From Guillardia theta CCMP2712 (taxonomy: Eukaryota; Protista; Cryptophyta): a DNA stretch of 64,000 nt. A model generated the notes under the pieces. The model did no database searches. It was not told the origin of the DNA and saw only the letters and a list, made by a program, of their open reading frames with translations. The stretch lies in contig NW_005434666.1 in assembly GCF_000315625.1 (NCBI RefSeq), positions 1,119,537 to 1,183,536 of the forward strand. Direction: 5' to 3'. The translations under genes were made by a program, and so were the position numbers. Each line of letters begins with the position of its first letter. Position 1 is the first letter of the stretch. This document shows positions 40,111 through 52,087 of this stretch, piece after piece.

Positions 40111-40463
40111 AAGTTATCCTCCATCTCCTGTCTCACTTGTAAGCGTCGTTGGATGGATCTTTTTCGAGAATGTACAGCAAAAAGAACGTTGTCACATAGA
40201 ATACTTCAAAGGATTTCGGTTGACACAATCAATGCTCAATTGTTATTTGGCGAACTTTCAGGATGAGCTTAACTTCTTCAAGATCTCCAATGTTTTTAAT
40301 GTCATACGAGAAGAATTGAAGATATGGTTGGTGAAGCGAGGATGCACTAAATGGAATCCGAGAAAAGCAAATCGCCTTGCTTTCACCGTACCAATTCAAG
40401 ATTTTACTGCGATACTGTATTTGTTGAGACAGATGCCTGTAGAAACAAGCAAGGTGCTGTGCT

Positions 40464-40710
40464 TGTTGTATCCATGAGGATCCGGAACCACGGATATTCG
40501 TCGGATACTCTGCCGGATATTCCCTATATAGGCGGACGCATCTCGTGCGGACGGCCTCCTGAATTTCCCCCACTTGCATGCACAGTGAGTGTGGTGGTTG
40601 TGCGTAGTTTACCTCCCAGTAAACTTAGAGACTTCTATTTCCTGCTTCTCAATCTTCTTCATCCTTACTTTTCTCGTGTCGTTGACAATCTCTGTGTTGT
40701 GTATACAACA
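40464..40710 (+). repeat. 5' LTR
   Basis: No differences from 48559-48805 seen by eye; TATA-like CTATATAGG inside; candidate primer-binding site TGGAAGCG at ~40714. Confidence 0.95.
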
Positions 40711-41161
40711 TTCTGGAAGCGAAGTGGTTGATTCATGACCTCGAAACAAGGAAGAGGAGGAAAGAAACCTCAGCCGGAAAGGAGCCCTCAACCTCGATCT
40801 GACAGCAATCAGGAGCATTTCAAACAGAAATTGCTGAAGAGAGTTCTGAGGAAGAAGTCGAATGGAGCGAGCGGCTGCAGCTGCAGCAGCAGCAGCTTTC
40901 TCCGAGTCAGACCAGTGGATCTTTGACTCAACCTTATAGGGATGGAGATGTACAACGTGAAGCGCTGTCTAGCGCGGATCAACGGGCCCGAAACAAGAGG
41001 GATACTCCCTTGCGAAGTATTCTGCGATCAGAGGAGGCAACTCAGAGAGCAGCCTCCCCTGCAACATCGGTACGTCTGCCAAGCTCGGAAAATTTTTCAT
41101 CCGACCCCGTCATGTCCTCGCCAGTGGCGCAGGACCGAGCTCTTCTCCTTCTTCGTCGAAT

Positions 41162-42260
41162 GTGCAGGACGAGCGTTTCCACATGCTCGCCAATGCTGCC
41201 GACGAGTTTGCGACAGCCGACGCTGCTGCAACACCAGAGCTCCCTCCTCTCGCACGGAAAGTTACCCTGCAAGAGGCTAATGCTGATATCTATTCAGCTG
41301 AGGAATCGGCTAGCGCTGAATCCTCTGATCAGGAACCAGTCCTCTCCAATCGGACTCTCGTGAATGTGCTAACGAACTCCAAGAGTTTCAATTCCAGCCG
41401 CATTCCGATGTACAAAGGTTTTGCTGATCCCCGCTCTGTCGAAGAATTCCTTCGTCAGTGCAACCGCGAATTAATCGCTCAAGAGATCCCAACTCGCAAA
41501 TGGGTGAAAAGCATCACGCCGTTGTTCACCAACGAAGTGATGGTGGTGGTAGAACGTAAGTACGGAAAGAGTCTCGAGGCCATCAACAAGCTTAAATGGG
41601 ATGAATTTTCAACTCATCTAAGTTCGTGTCTAGCCCCAATGCGGCAAGCCAAGAACTATCAGACTCAGCTTGATCAGCTCAAGCAGCAGCCCAACGGAAT
41701 CCACTTGGGCGTACCTGACTCGCGCCACGACACTGTTCGCAACGCTCGAATCGCAGGTAGGGTCAGCCATACTGTACTTCAACGATCAGCCACTCCGGAA
41801 ATTCATCAAGGGATTTTCGCATACGCCGACGCGCACGTCTATCCACACATGGTTTACGATTTATCGCAGTCAGTACGGACACGGAGAAGACATGTTCTCT
41901 CGCCTAGTCACTTTCATCACAGCTCTTCTGGACGATGGTGAACCGCTAACAGTGTCTAAGCAGCCTAACAATTCAGCTGCTGCTAACGCTGCGCAGACCT
42001 CTTCGCACACTAAGGCCAAAGCTAACGGTGGGCAGAACAAGAAGAAGTCCAACGGTAAAGAAAACCAGCGCAAGCAGAAGTCCATCCGTTGTTTTTACTG
42101 TCAAGAACCGGGTCACATCAAGCCGGACTGCGAGCAGTATAAGCGCGAAGTCGCCCTCCAGCAGGAGCGCCATGAGAAACTCATGGCAACCCAGCACGAA
42201 CAGCATGTTCAGCTTTTAGCTGCTCTTCAACCGCTCGCATCGCGCGCGGGAAACGAGTAG
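41162..42260 (+). CDS. gag: Gag (frameshifted near 41700) with CCHC zinc knuckle
   Basis: Capsid-like IPMYKG..SVEEFLRQC..WDEFSTHL; CFYCQEPGHIKPDC. Confidence 0.85.
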
Positions 42261-42310
42261 CAGCGGTAGGCAATGAGAGGGGAGCATCACTTGCTCCTCC
42301 TGCCGCTGGT
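42248..42310 (+). promoter_or_regulatory. Programmed -1 ribosomal frameshift signal (G GGA AAC plus downstream stem-loop)
   Basis: Heptamer in the correct gag phase just before TAG; the -1 frame is open into pol; CAGCGGTAGG can pair with CCTGCCGCTG around an inner GGAGCA/TGCTCC stem. Confidence 0.75.
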
Positions 42311-43706
42311 CTTTGCCCCAGCCCTCTCTTACCAGGTAGCAGCGCTTTACCTCCTCATCGGAGCTCGCTAAGCCATTTCGTGCTGCCGCCTGATCGGAAC
42401 GCGTCGTGTTCCACGGCCGCGTCCCTTCCTCCGGGTCAACTACATGTTTGCCCCTGCTTAGCCCTCAGCCGTGGCGACGCCTCCGCGCCGCTTCAGCTCG
42501 CCTTACCCGATCTTATTCGGCTCCCCGTTAGCGTCAGCTCTTCCCGAGTTCATGCTCACCAGACCGTTGCCCTGCTCGATCACGGCGCGACGATCAATAT
42601 CATGTCTCAGCAGCTTTTTCAGCAGCTGGGACTCTCCGAGACTCTGCTACAGCGTGATACGCAGTTCACCGTGCAAGTTGCGGACGACCGCCAAGTGCAA
42701 ACCCTCGGCGCCGTCTCGCTCGCCTATCGCATCGGCCGCTTTTCAAGCAAAGATACGTTTCATATCTTGCCACGTTGTTCTCAACCCCTGATCTTGTCCC
42801 TCCAGTGGATACATCGTCACAACGCTGTCTACGTTCCGCGGACCCGAGAAGTGTTCGTCGATTCCCCCAAAGCTCGACGAGCCCCTCCGATTAGCTTGCC
42901 AGTTCAGCATCAAGTGCCCTACAAGGACTCGGTCTTAGCCGTGACAACCGTCTCGCTCACCGATGCTCACGCTCTGCGTGTCGCCAATCCTAACGAGGAA
43001 TGGTTCTTGTTGCACCTGCATGTCCCAACGACAGCTTCCGCCTCGGCCTCTTCCGCCGACCCGCCAGTGGGCGCCCCTGCTCACCTTGCTCAAGCCCTCT
43101 CTGAGGAATTCGCCGACGTCCTCGTCGACGACCTGCCGCAAGGACTTCAGATCAACCGTCCCCCTCAGTTTGACGCTCACATTCAGCTCAAGCCAGGGAC
43201 CTTGCCCATCAACTGCAGGCCATATCGCATCCCCCTTCATCTTGAAGGAGAACTCCAGGCTACCATCGCGTACATGCTCGAACACGACATCATCGAGCCA
43301 TCCAATAGTGAGTTTGCCTTTCCTGTGCTTTTCAGTCGACGCCCCAACGATCCACGCTCCCCAACTGATCCCAAAAGCTACCGCTTTTGCTGCGACCTTC
43401 GCCGCTTGAACCAAGTCGTCTTGAATCAGCAGACCGCCGCAACTCCTACCGTCGATGAGATGTTGGAAAAGATCGCCGACACAGTCCGTCAAGGCAAAGC
43501 CCGTCGCAAAACCGATGAGCAGCTATGCATCACTACGCTTGATTGTATCAAGAGTTTTTGGCAGGTACTCGTACGTGTTCCTGATCGCCGATATCTCGCG
43601 TTCATTACACCGATTGGTCACTACCAATACAAGCGCCTACCATTTGGATTCATCACTGCCAGCAGCATATTCCAAGGATTCATCCAGCAGGTCCTCCATG
43701 ATCATG
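42248..43706 (+). CDS. pol: Pol N-terminal part: aspartic protease and RT N-terminus
   Basis: ALLDHGATINIMS; PYRIP..IIEPSNSEFAFPV..YRFCCDLRRLN..LDCIKSFWQV..AFITPIGHYQYKRLPFG. Confidence 0.9.
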
Positions 43707-46190
43707 CCGTTCACTTTTAGCCCTTTCGTTAATTTCCACTCTTCTTTTCAAGAGATACCTCCAAAGAGTACCAGTGCAGTTTAGTTATCATTTCTGCTAG
43801 GCCTTTACATGTATTTTAACTTTCATTTCAGTGGGTTGAAATGTTTTCAACCTCGTACACGCCCGACTCATGTCTCCCCTACACGCCGGCACGTAGCACC
43901 AAAGCTGCTCCTCCAACGATGCCGCTGTAAGACCATCCGCTGCTGTAGCCAGCATCAGATCTCAGCATGCAAGGCTTTGTTAGGTTTGAAGCTCTCTAGT
44001 CAGCACAGTTTGAGACCTGAGACCGCTAGGTTCGTGGTGATGCGTTCGGTGACAACAGAGTGTGCAGCAATGGCATTGTGAGATCCATGGTTCAAAAGGT
44101 TATTATGAAGAACAAGATGATGAAAACATGAGGTTTGAATCCAGTGTAGGAGATCGCTTGTCATTTTGACTTGACACCAACCTTATGGCAGCGCTGAATA
44201 ATCATAAGATACTTCCCTGCGATGAATGATTTTTGAATTGCATATTTTCCACATGCGATGCCTTGAAGATTTGTTTGATGGAGATTGCATCATGTTGCAG
44301 ATCCACGTAATTAGTCAAGCCCACTTGTTATATTAGACATCAAGCATTGCATAGATTGTTTCACAAGATTTCTGCATGCATTTCGCCTACTGCAGTGAGG
44401 ATGTTTGATTGCATGTAAACACTGATGCCGCCAGAGACAATCAAGACATCTTAAGCCTTGAACACCGTCGAGAGTCTCCACTTCTGAGATTTGCAGAGTG
44501 TGTTGATTTCTTGATGCGTGGGATTAGTTTTGAGCATTCATCTAGCTGTGATGTCGGACATTTGAACCGTCAACACAGTATGCACACATGTATTATTTGT
44601 TCTATTGTGAAATAAAGTGATCTCAGTCTTGCATTCGAGGCCATGCTAAAGAGCATTTCTGTATTTTCGTTCATTTCACATAAATGCAGAATGCATGCAG
44701 GGGTTGCCAGTGAATGATGATGAAAACATCGCTTCCCCTGTAGACCATTCCGACTCACTGTAAGCTTGGGATCGACATCACAAGTGGTAGTGATCTGATT
44801 GCAGAAATCTTTATACATTCATGATGAGGTATCATTCTTTGCAACAATCTAATTACAATGACAACCGCAAGTAGCATCAAATACATGCGCAATGGTGAGC
44901 ACAATAAGCCTCACATTGGTTTCTTCGTTGTGCCTGCATAGCAGAGATACATCAAAAAGTTGCAAATAAACCTAATTATGCACAATGTATGCTTGTAGCT
45001 CTAGTAAGCCACATTGATTGCTGTAGGATTCTCATCCTGTGGTTGAAACAGACTTTCCATGTCGCCACAGCTACGTGGAGCATGTTGATCCTTGAGCATT
45101 TTGAATGCATGCTCAAGCAGAAATAATGTGAAGATGTTGCTTTTGAGGATCTGAACTGCAAATACTTGAATGTTTCTAGCATATTTGCAAGATTGGAGTG
45201 CATGAAAGCACCTCATTTGCAAACTGATGGTGCAGCATTGTAAACCATACTTCCTCTCTGAATCCTCGTACATACGGCTCTCATGCTTGAAACAACGAGT
45301 AAGAGAGCAGAAAAGGTGTATTCATCTTTTTCAATGTATTCTAAAGACATCTTCATTCCTAGACAGCTTTCTCTGGCATGCAGTCATGTAAGAGAAGCGG
45401 AATTCAAAACTTTCTTTCAAAGTCAGTGACTAAGAAAAGGTCTTAGTCTATCTACATGGATACATTAGACGATTAAATTCTCATCCACATTCAAGCAGCA
45501 ATAGATTCGAAGCCTCTCACCATGATGACTTGTCGTTGCATGCGGGTGAAGGATCAATCAGCCATCTCTTGCTTGCCCAGGGAGGGGGGATTTGGGGAAA
45601 GGAGAGTGGAGATAGTACCCTACCCCCTATTTCCCAATTTCAAACTCTTGAATCAAAGGGTAGATTTGTATTCTTTGCTAGCTACCCACCCCGCCTTTCG
45701 TAAAGGTGATGAAGGGGAACCGGGGGTATTGGCGTGGTGAGCTCCAACGGCAATCGAAATGCCTTCTTTTCCATTAGCACCCCCACGTACCGTGATACAG
45801 TGAAATGCACGGGTATGAGAGAATCTTTCGGTCCTCTACCCCTCCAGACAAAGGAAGTCACTAGGGTGGAGGCTGATTCGAGACGCCTGTCGAAACCACT
45901 TTAAAAGAATAGTACAGACTGTACCAGAGGCACTTCATCCGTACATAGATGTGTACGATTGAAGCGCTGACTAAACAATTAAAATGAAGTGCTTCAAAAA
46001 GTAAGGCGGGGGACAGGGTACCACGCCAGTATAATTCAAATCACCCCACCCTACTTTATCCCTGTCTCACTACCCCCCAGTAAGAGAGCAAAAACGGGGG
46101 TAGCTGAATGGAAGTGTATATATGAACCCCTTCCCAAGGAGAAAAAAAAAGACCAATTTTGCTAGAGCCTGCATATGGCCTTGTGAACGG
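43707..46190. mobile_element. 2484-bp TIR element inserted in RT; CATG TSD; 8-bp TIR CCGTTCAC/GTGAACGG; no intact transposase seen
   Basis: CATG at 43703-43706 and 46191-46194; excision restores QVLHD-HVLPHTFAYIDD with canonical spacing to the YxDD motif. Confidence 0.9.
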
Positions 46191-48484
46191 CATGTTCTAC
46201 CCCACACGTTTGCATACATCGACGACATCGTCATCGCTACGTACTCCACCTGGGAAGCTCATACAGATCACGTTCGCGCCGTGCTTCAACGCTGTCGCGA
46301 GCATCAGGTCTTCCTTAAGAGAGAGAAAGCTCAATTCTTTCGCACTAGTGTTGACTTCTTAGGTCACCGTGTCTCCGCTGACGGCGTGACGACCCAACAC
46401 TCCAAGACGGCGGCTACTATGATCTCCGCGTGGCCGCTACCGACGACTACTAAACAAGTCAAGATGTTTCTTGGACTAGCTTCCTATTATCGAAAGTTCA
46501 TCCGCAACTTCTCGACAATAGCAGCCCCTCTGACTGACCTTCTCCGCAAGGGCGCTCAGTTTCAGTGGACTGCAGCATGTCAAAGCGCGTTCGACAACCT
46601 CAAGCAAGCTCTGACGTCTCAGCCCCTCCTGCATCACTTCGACCCGTCCATTCCGACCGAAGTGCACTGCGACGCGTCCAATGTCGGGATAGGAGGCGTA
46701 CTTCTACAGCAGCCTCCCAACGCCCCCGCCCGCGTCATCGGATACACAAAAAGACATCAACAGCAGATTGATTCGTTGGCTTCAAACGCTCAGCGAGTTT
46801 GCAATCACCGAGTACTGTTACGTCAAAGGTTCTCAGAACGTCGTCCCCGACGCTCTCAGCCGTCAAGATGAAGTTCCTCTCTCGACTGCAGTCGCTCCTC
46901 ATCACGAGCAACTCTCTCGTCAAGAGGACGGCTTCTTGCTCGCCTTCACCGTCAGCGCCTTGCAGCCTTTGTCGGACCAGATTCAAGCCGCCTACGAGAC
47001 GTGCGACTTTTGTCGTCCTCTTCTCCAACGTCTCCGCGCCAAGTCTTCCGTAACTTCTTTTCATCTGGATGATGAGCTTCTGTTTTATACAGATTCGCTG
47101 CGCCGCATCCGCCTGTGCATTCCGCAAGCATTGCGTCGAGAAGTTCTCTTCCGCGCCCACGACCTTCAGTCCCACCTCGGGTTTTCACGAACCTACCTTC
47201 AGCTAGCAGCAACCGTTTATTGGCCCCAGCTTCGGAAAGATACCGAGCTTTACATCCTGTCATGCCAGCATTGTCTTCAAGGGAAATCTTATCGACAACG
47301 ACCAATGGGTACTCCTCATTCCCACGCCGTTCCCTCGACACGCTTCGAAGTCGTCAGTCTCGACTTGCTGACCGGACTCCCACGAACTCGAGATAAGAAC
47401 GATGCAATTCTTCTCTTCATTGACGAGTTCACAGGGCGAGTTTATCTCACCCCCTGCCGTAAATCGATTACTTCTGAACAAGCTGCTCAAAAATTCATCG
47501 AAACCGTGTTTCGATCCCAAGGCCTTCCTCAGGTCCTTATCAGCGACAACGCTGCCATCTTTTCGTCCAGATTCTGGAATGCGCTCTTCAAGATGCTCAA
47601 CGTTCACGTGAAGCATTCGTCGCCTTTTATGCCTCAAAGCAACGGTCGACCCGAGCGTATGAACTCCGTCGTCCTCGAAGCTCTGCGTATCTACACCACG
47701 CAGTATCCTCGAGCCGATTGGGATAGGTACCTCCCCATCCTGGAGACTCACCTAAACTCAGCTGTTCGCCGCCCCATCGGTGCCAGCCCTTTCGAAGTCA
47801 TGTTCGGCAAACCTATCAGGACACAACTCTCTCTGCCCTCACCTGACGATCATCAGGACGAGACCCTCGACTCCATTCGTGAAGCAACCGAAGTCAGCGC
47901 CGAAGCTGCCCGAGCTGCTCTCGAAGCTGCAGCGCGAGCCACCGAAGCTCGCCTTGCGCAGGCCCGTCGTCCCTGCCGCTATCAAGTTGGAGATCTGGTT
48001 TGGCTCTCTACCGCCAACCTCAACATCCCCGACGCCGCCTCGAAGCTCAACCCTCGCTTCGTTGGTCCCTTCCGCATCCTGGAATTTGTTTCAGACAACA
48101 CCGTTCGTCTCGACGTCCGAGTCTCCTCGCTTCGCATCGATCAGAAACACCGTCATCAACATCAAGTGGCTTCGTCCGCATACAGAGCGCGACCCTGCCT
48201 ATCAAGATCCCCACCGACCACCCGAACCTCTGGCCACCAGAGACGGCTTGGAATACGAGATCGAGAGCATCCTCAGCAAACGTCGTCGCGGTCGAGGTAT
48301 TCAGTACCTTGTTAAGTGGACAGGCTATGATCAAGTCAGTGAGAACAATTGGCTCCCTGCTCGTGAGTTGCAAAAGAAATCAGGTCTTCGCGACCTCATC
48401 CGTCAATTTGAACAACGTGCAGCTCTTCAAGCTTTACCCTCCAACGCCTTGGACTCCTCCGACTCGTCTGAAGTGGAACTTTGA
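46191..48484 (+). CDS. pol: Pol C-terminal part: RT (YIDD), internally deleted RNase H, integrase (HHCC, DDE, GPF) and chromodomain; frameshifted
   Basis: FAYIDDIVI; HCDASNVGIGGVL; VVPDALSR; HDLQSHLG..CQHC; SLDLL..ISDN..PQSNGRPERMN; KLNPRFVGPF; YEIESILSKR..QYLVKWTGY..NNWLP. Confidence 0.92.
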
Positions 48485-48558
48485 ATCCTGTCGTTCATCT
48501 CCTCATGGTAAGAGCGAAGGACAAGTTGGAACTAAGTTGTCAAGCGCAGATGGAGCGA

Positions 48559-48805
48559 TGTTGTATCCATGAGGATCCGGAACCACGGATATTCGTCGGA
48601 TACTCTGCCGGATATTCCCTATATAGGCGGACGCATCTCGTGCGGACGGCCTCCTGAATTTCCCCCACTTGCATGCACAGTGAGTGTGGTGGTTGTGCGT
48701 AGTTTACCTCCCAGTAAACTTAGAGACTTCTATTTCCTGCTTCTCAATCTTCTTCATCCTTACTTTTCTCGTGTCGTTGACAATCTCTGTGTTGTGTATA
48801 CAACA
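48559..48805 (+). repeat. 3' LTR
   Basis: Matches the 5' LTR; preceded by purine-rich AGATGGAGCGA. Confidence 0.95.
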
Positions 48806-50445
48806 GTGCTCAGGAATTTCAAACCGCCATTCTCGTCGATGTGCCTGGACTCTGGATGCAAATCTGTTACATACTCCATTGTTCAAAGAAGCCTTGAATG
48901 TTCCCTTGAAAGATTGTCCTTTTAGCCTGGGGCCTGCTCGAGGATCCATCTACCTCGAAGGCCCTCTCCAAATTTTCATGCCAATTCAAAATCCGCGTTC
49001 GGCATGTGCAACAGCGATCACCTTCAAGTTCACAAAAATTGTAAGGTTATCCTTCACCAAGGCGCTAATGTGGAATTTCCCTCCCTCGGAACACGACTAA
49101 GCAACAAGGCAGACAAGGCCAAAGTTTTATTCTTCCAAATTTCTTAACTCTGCGTTGTGAACTGTTGTGATGGTAAAAGTATTCAGACAGAGAAGTAAAA
49201 ATTTTATTCATCCAAACTTCTTCTTAACGCTGCTAAATCAACGTTCTGAACTGTGTGCTGAAATAGAGCTTCAACAGGTGCTCATTTTAAAAAAGGATAA
49301 TTCAACAATCATCCGTCATCACGGTGATATCTTTAGTCAGGTTAAGTTAAATTTCGTACGAGTATAATCAACCCGGCTTGACCCTGTCGGACACTCGAGA
49401 GAGGTCTGGAAGCTCTGAATCCGTAGGTACTAAAGGTTTACTTAACTTGGTCCACTATGTCACTACTATTCTCAGGGCCTGAATAGCGTTTTTGAATAGT
49501 TAAATCGCAACGTTTCGATATCTCGGTAAAAGCCGACGAGCGGCGCCCTGGCAGGGCGTTCCACATAGCGTACACTGCATGGCGTGCGCAGCCTCGTCCG
49601 ACTTCCTTCTCGTGTACCTCTTTCTCTCCATCTGACTGACAACATAACATCAACTATCATCCTGAGACAGCAAGATTGTGTTACTGAAAGCTTTCCTGTT
49701 GTGCTGAACGAGGACAACAATGATAACGAACCCAAATGTAATTAATTGTTCAACACATGTACGTATGATTAACATACATGTTGTATACACAACCTTGCGT
49801 AAGACGTTGAGTTCAGATGATCTTAGGATCTCTGTTTATTAAGCACACACGCTCATCAGATCAGCAGCACCACTGCAGGAATCTGCATCGTCATCCTATT
49901 TCCCTACGCTACGTCCAAGGGGCGTCCGGTATGAGTCCAGAATACAACATCGCTCCCACTGCGAGACGACAAGAAGGTCCACCTGTCGTTGACTTCGCTC
50001 AGAAGAATCTTGAGTTAAGGATCTGCAGAAGAAGAGGAAGAAGAGCGGCGGGAAGGTGACGCTTGAGCTAATAAAGAAGATTCAAATTGTTGAATTAAAG
50101 CACGAATACCAGATTTCTTGTTGAGTTCAGAAGCTGATTTCCAGGAGTGATCAGCTGGGTTAGGATAGCCTTTCCAATGAACAAGATATTGGATACCACG
50201 ACCACGAGAAGCTGAGAGCCCAAGAAGAAAGCGACGGTAATAGCCGGAGAGCCCAAGAAATATTTTGATCTCCTTTGCGTTGCTGGGTGGCGGCCAGTCA
50301 AGGATCGCACTGGTCTTGCTGGATTGAGTCGATATGCATGCCGCTGGAGGGGCAGAGGCTGGCGGTTCACATCAAGGTGCTCAACAGCACGGTGCCGGTG
50401 ACGATGACCGAGGTGGAGGTGCTGCGGGTGAAGCGGAAGAGGATG

Positions 50446-50486
50446 TGGGGGTTCATTTAGGGCTGGGCTTCATTTGGGGCTTTGGG
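50446..50486 (+). repeat. Degenerate telomere-like linker at the 5' junction of element A
   Basis: TGGGGGTTCATTTAGGGCTGGGCTTCATTTGGGGCTTTGGG. Confidence 0.55.
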
Positions 50487-52087
50487 CAGACGACATCTCA
50501 GTCACCATCTCCTTCCTTCGGAATGAAGAAGCCATCGCACTCTGGCAAGGCAGCAGAGAGTACAGCATCGACGGGCGAATTTTCAGAGCAACTGAAGTCA
50601 GCATTGCACACGACCGGTCGTTCAAGCTCCGAGCCAAGCGAGGACCTTGGGGCAAGGGAGGGAGCCTTGCCGAGCTATCGCAGCTCCTAGCTCTTGGAGG
50701 AATGTCGACGGCGGACATAGCTCGGATCTATCAATTCCAACTGATCTCGCAATGTCTCGCCGCAGCAGAGGTACAACCGCTGGCGGGCATGCTCGTGCAG
50801 GGTGCTGGGCAGAGAGGTCGCAAGGGGCCGAGCCCGAAGACGTATGTTGCTGTTGGAGCAAGCACCGGAGCTCTGCAGCAGAGAGAGCTCGAGTGGGTAC
50901 TATCCTGCCCATCGACGGCCAGCTGCGAGCAGACGTTGGCCTCGTTCAGAGAGAGCGAGGCGATGGAGGGGGTGCACCTGACTCTCGTCAGCGACGACGC
51001 CAAGCTCAGAGAGACGTTTGCAGTCGAGCTCACAGCAGACACCTTCGTGCCGAGAGGAAAGATTGCCAAGCAGAGGAAGGTACTTCGCGACAGGGAGCAG
51101 GCTCCAAGCGGCAGTTTCAGGGTGCAGATCAAGTCGAAGTCAAGCATGAGCACAGGCCGCTTCTCGAGGAAGGAGATGGAAGCACTGTGCGGAGGAGGTA
51201 ACACATCGACCACGCGAGTCAAGCGAGCCATGTTGGAATTAGCAAGAAGAATGAACCTGAAGCTTGCCAGCATTGAGGTTCAAGAAGATCGAGACACGCT
51301 GAGCTGGGATGGGAGCCTGATAACTCTCTCCCTGGCGACCAAGGCAGAGGCTCGACGTCTGATGGAAGACATCCCCTTCTACTTGGAAGGGGTCCTGGAA
51401 GTCAAGCTCGAAGCTGTGGGTTTCAAGTGGAGCTCTCAGGATGAAGAGGAGAGCGAGGAGCAGGCTCAGGAGCCCCAAGGGCAGCAGCAAGGCGCTGGAT
51501 GGCTGGAGCTCAGCGACATCGACAGGATTACTCTGGAGGCGGCCTCGCCGTCAGGACCAGTCGACCAGCAGGTCTTGGTCGACCTCTCGACGATGCTCCT
51601 GGAGACGTCAGAGGAGATCCCGCTGGAGCTAGACAAGAGTGTCGGCAAGCTGCATGACACCTTCTACTCGCCGGGCAACGTCGAGTTTACGACGCTCGGA
51701 GCTTGGGCAGCCACGCCGTCGTTGGGATCGAAGCGCAACATGTTGAAGGAAAAGCTGAGAGCGTACCTGGGCAAGCAGCGCTGGACTCAGGTACAGGGGA
51801 ACAAGAAGCAGAAACAGGCAGCGAGGAGGGGCAGCGCTTTCTCTCCAAGAGCAGCAGCAACTGATGCGCTTGAGCAGGAGGCTGAGAGCGATGACATCGA
51901 GAGTCGATCTGTGAGCCTCTTGTTTCTTGCGATCAGTAAATTTGCTGAAAACCAAGGCCTGAAATGCACGGGCAAGGTCGACAAGCGAGACCGACTGCGG
52001 CTGATGCTGAAGGAAGAAGTCGACATGGAAGCTGAGGAGGGCGAGGGCGTGGAGGAGGAGGCTGGCGCAGGCCTCTCGCGCGCTTGA
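50474..52087 (+). CDS. ORF1-family protein of element A (N-terminally truncated)
   Basis: Shares ISFLRNE.A..LWQG, DRSFKLRAKRGPWGKGGSLAEL, QPLAGMLV, GRFSRKEME.LC and SWDGS with ORFs of B, C and D. Confidence 0.85.
   Translation: MGLWADDISVTISFLRNEEAIALWQGSREYSIDGRIFRATEVSIAHDRSFKLRAKRGPWGKGGSLAELSQLLALGGMSTADIARIYQFQLISQCLAAAEVQPLAGMLVQGAGQRGRKGPSPKTYVAVGASTGALQQRELEWVLSCPSTASCEQTLASFRESEAMEGVHLTLVSDDAKLRETFAVELTADTFVPRGKIAKQRKVLRDREQAPSGSFRVQIKSKSSMSTGRFSRKEMEALCGGGNTSTTRVKRAMLELARRMNLKLASIEVQEDRDTLSWDGSLITLSLATKAEARRLMEDIPFYLEGVLEVKLEAVGFKWSSQDEEESEEQAQEPQGQQQGAGWLELSDIDRITLEAASPSGPVDQQVLVDLSTMLLETSEEIPLELDKSVGKLHDTFYSPGNVEFTTLGAWAATPSLGSKRNMLKEKLRAYLGKQRWTQVQGNKKQKQAARRGSAFSPRAAATDALEQEAESDDIESRSVSLLFLAISKFAENQGLKCTGKVDKRDRLRLMLKEEVDMEAEEGEGVEEEAGAGLSRA

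Larger units (their letters stand above)
40464..48805 (+). mobile_element. Full-length Ty3/Gypsy chromovirus LTR retrotransposon (defective)
   Basis: 247-bp LTRs with TGTTGTAT...ATACAACA ends; GTGCT TSD at 40459-40463 and 48806-48810; gag, PR, RT, RH, IN, chromodomain order. Confidence 0.97.
40220..49100 (+). pseudogene. ORF split by the LTR element (40220-40463 + 48811-49100), paralogous to the C-terminal half of the 59162-60339 gene
   Basis: Removing the element and one GTGCT restores an open frame ..IREELKIWLVKR..KVLC/SGISNRHSRRCAWTLD..LFKEALNVP..SIYLEGPL..MWNFPPSEHD*. Confidence 0.7.

Noticed and set aside
43712-46205. Alternative insert boundaries with a 3-bp CAC duplication
   Set aside because: Gives no TIRs and shortens RT by 2 residues; the CATG/CCGTTCAC model restores canonical spacing
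49817-50445. Possible protease fragment (SHWSCWI..IKVLNS)
   Set aside because: Too short and broken by stops; cannot be supported without a profile search
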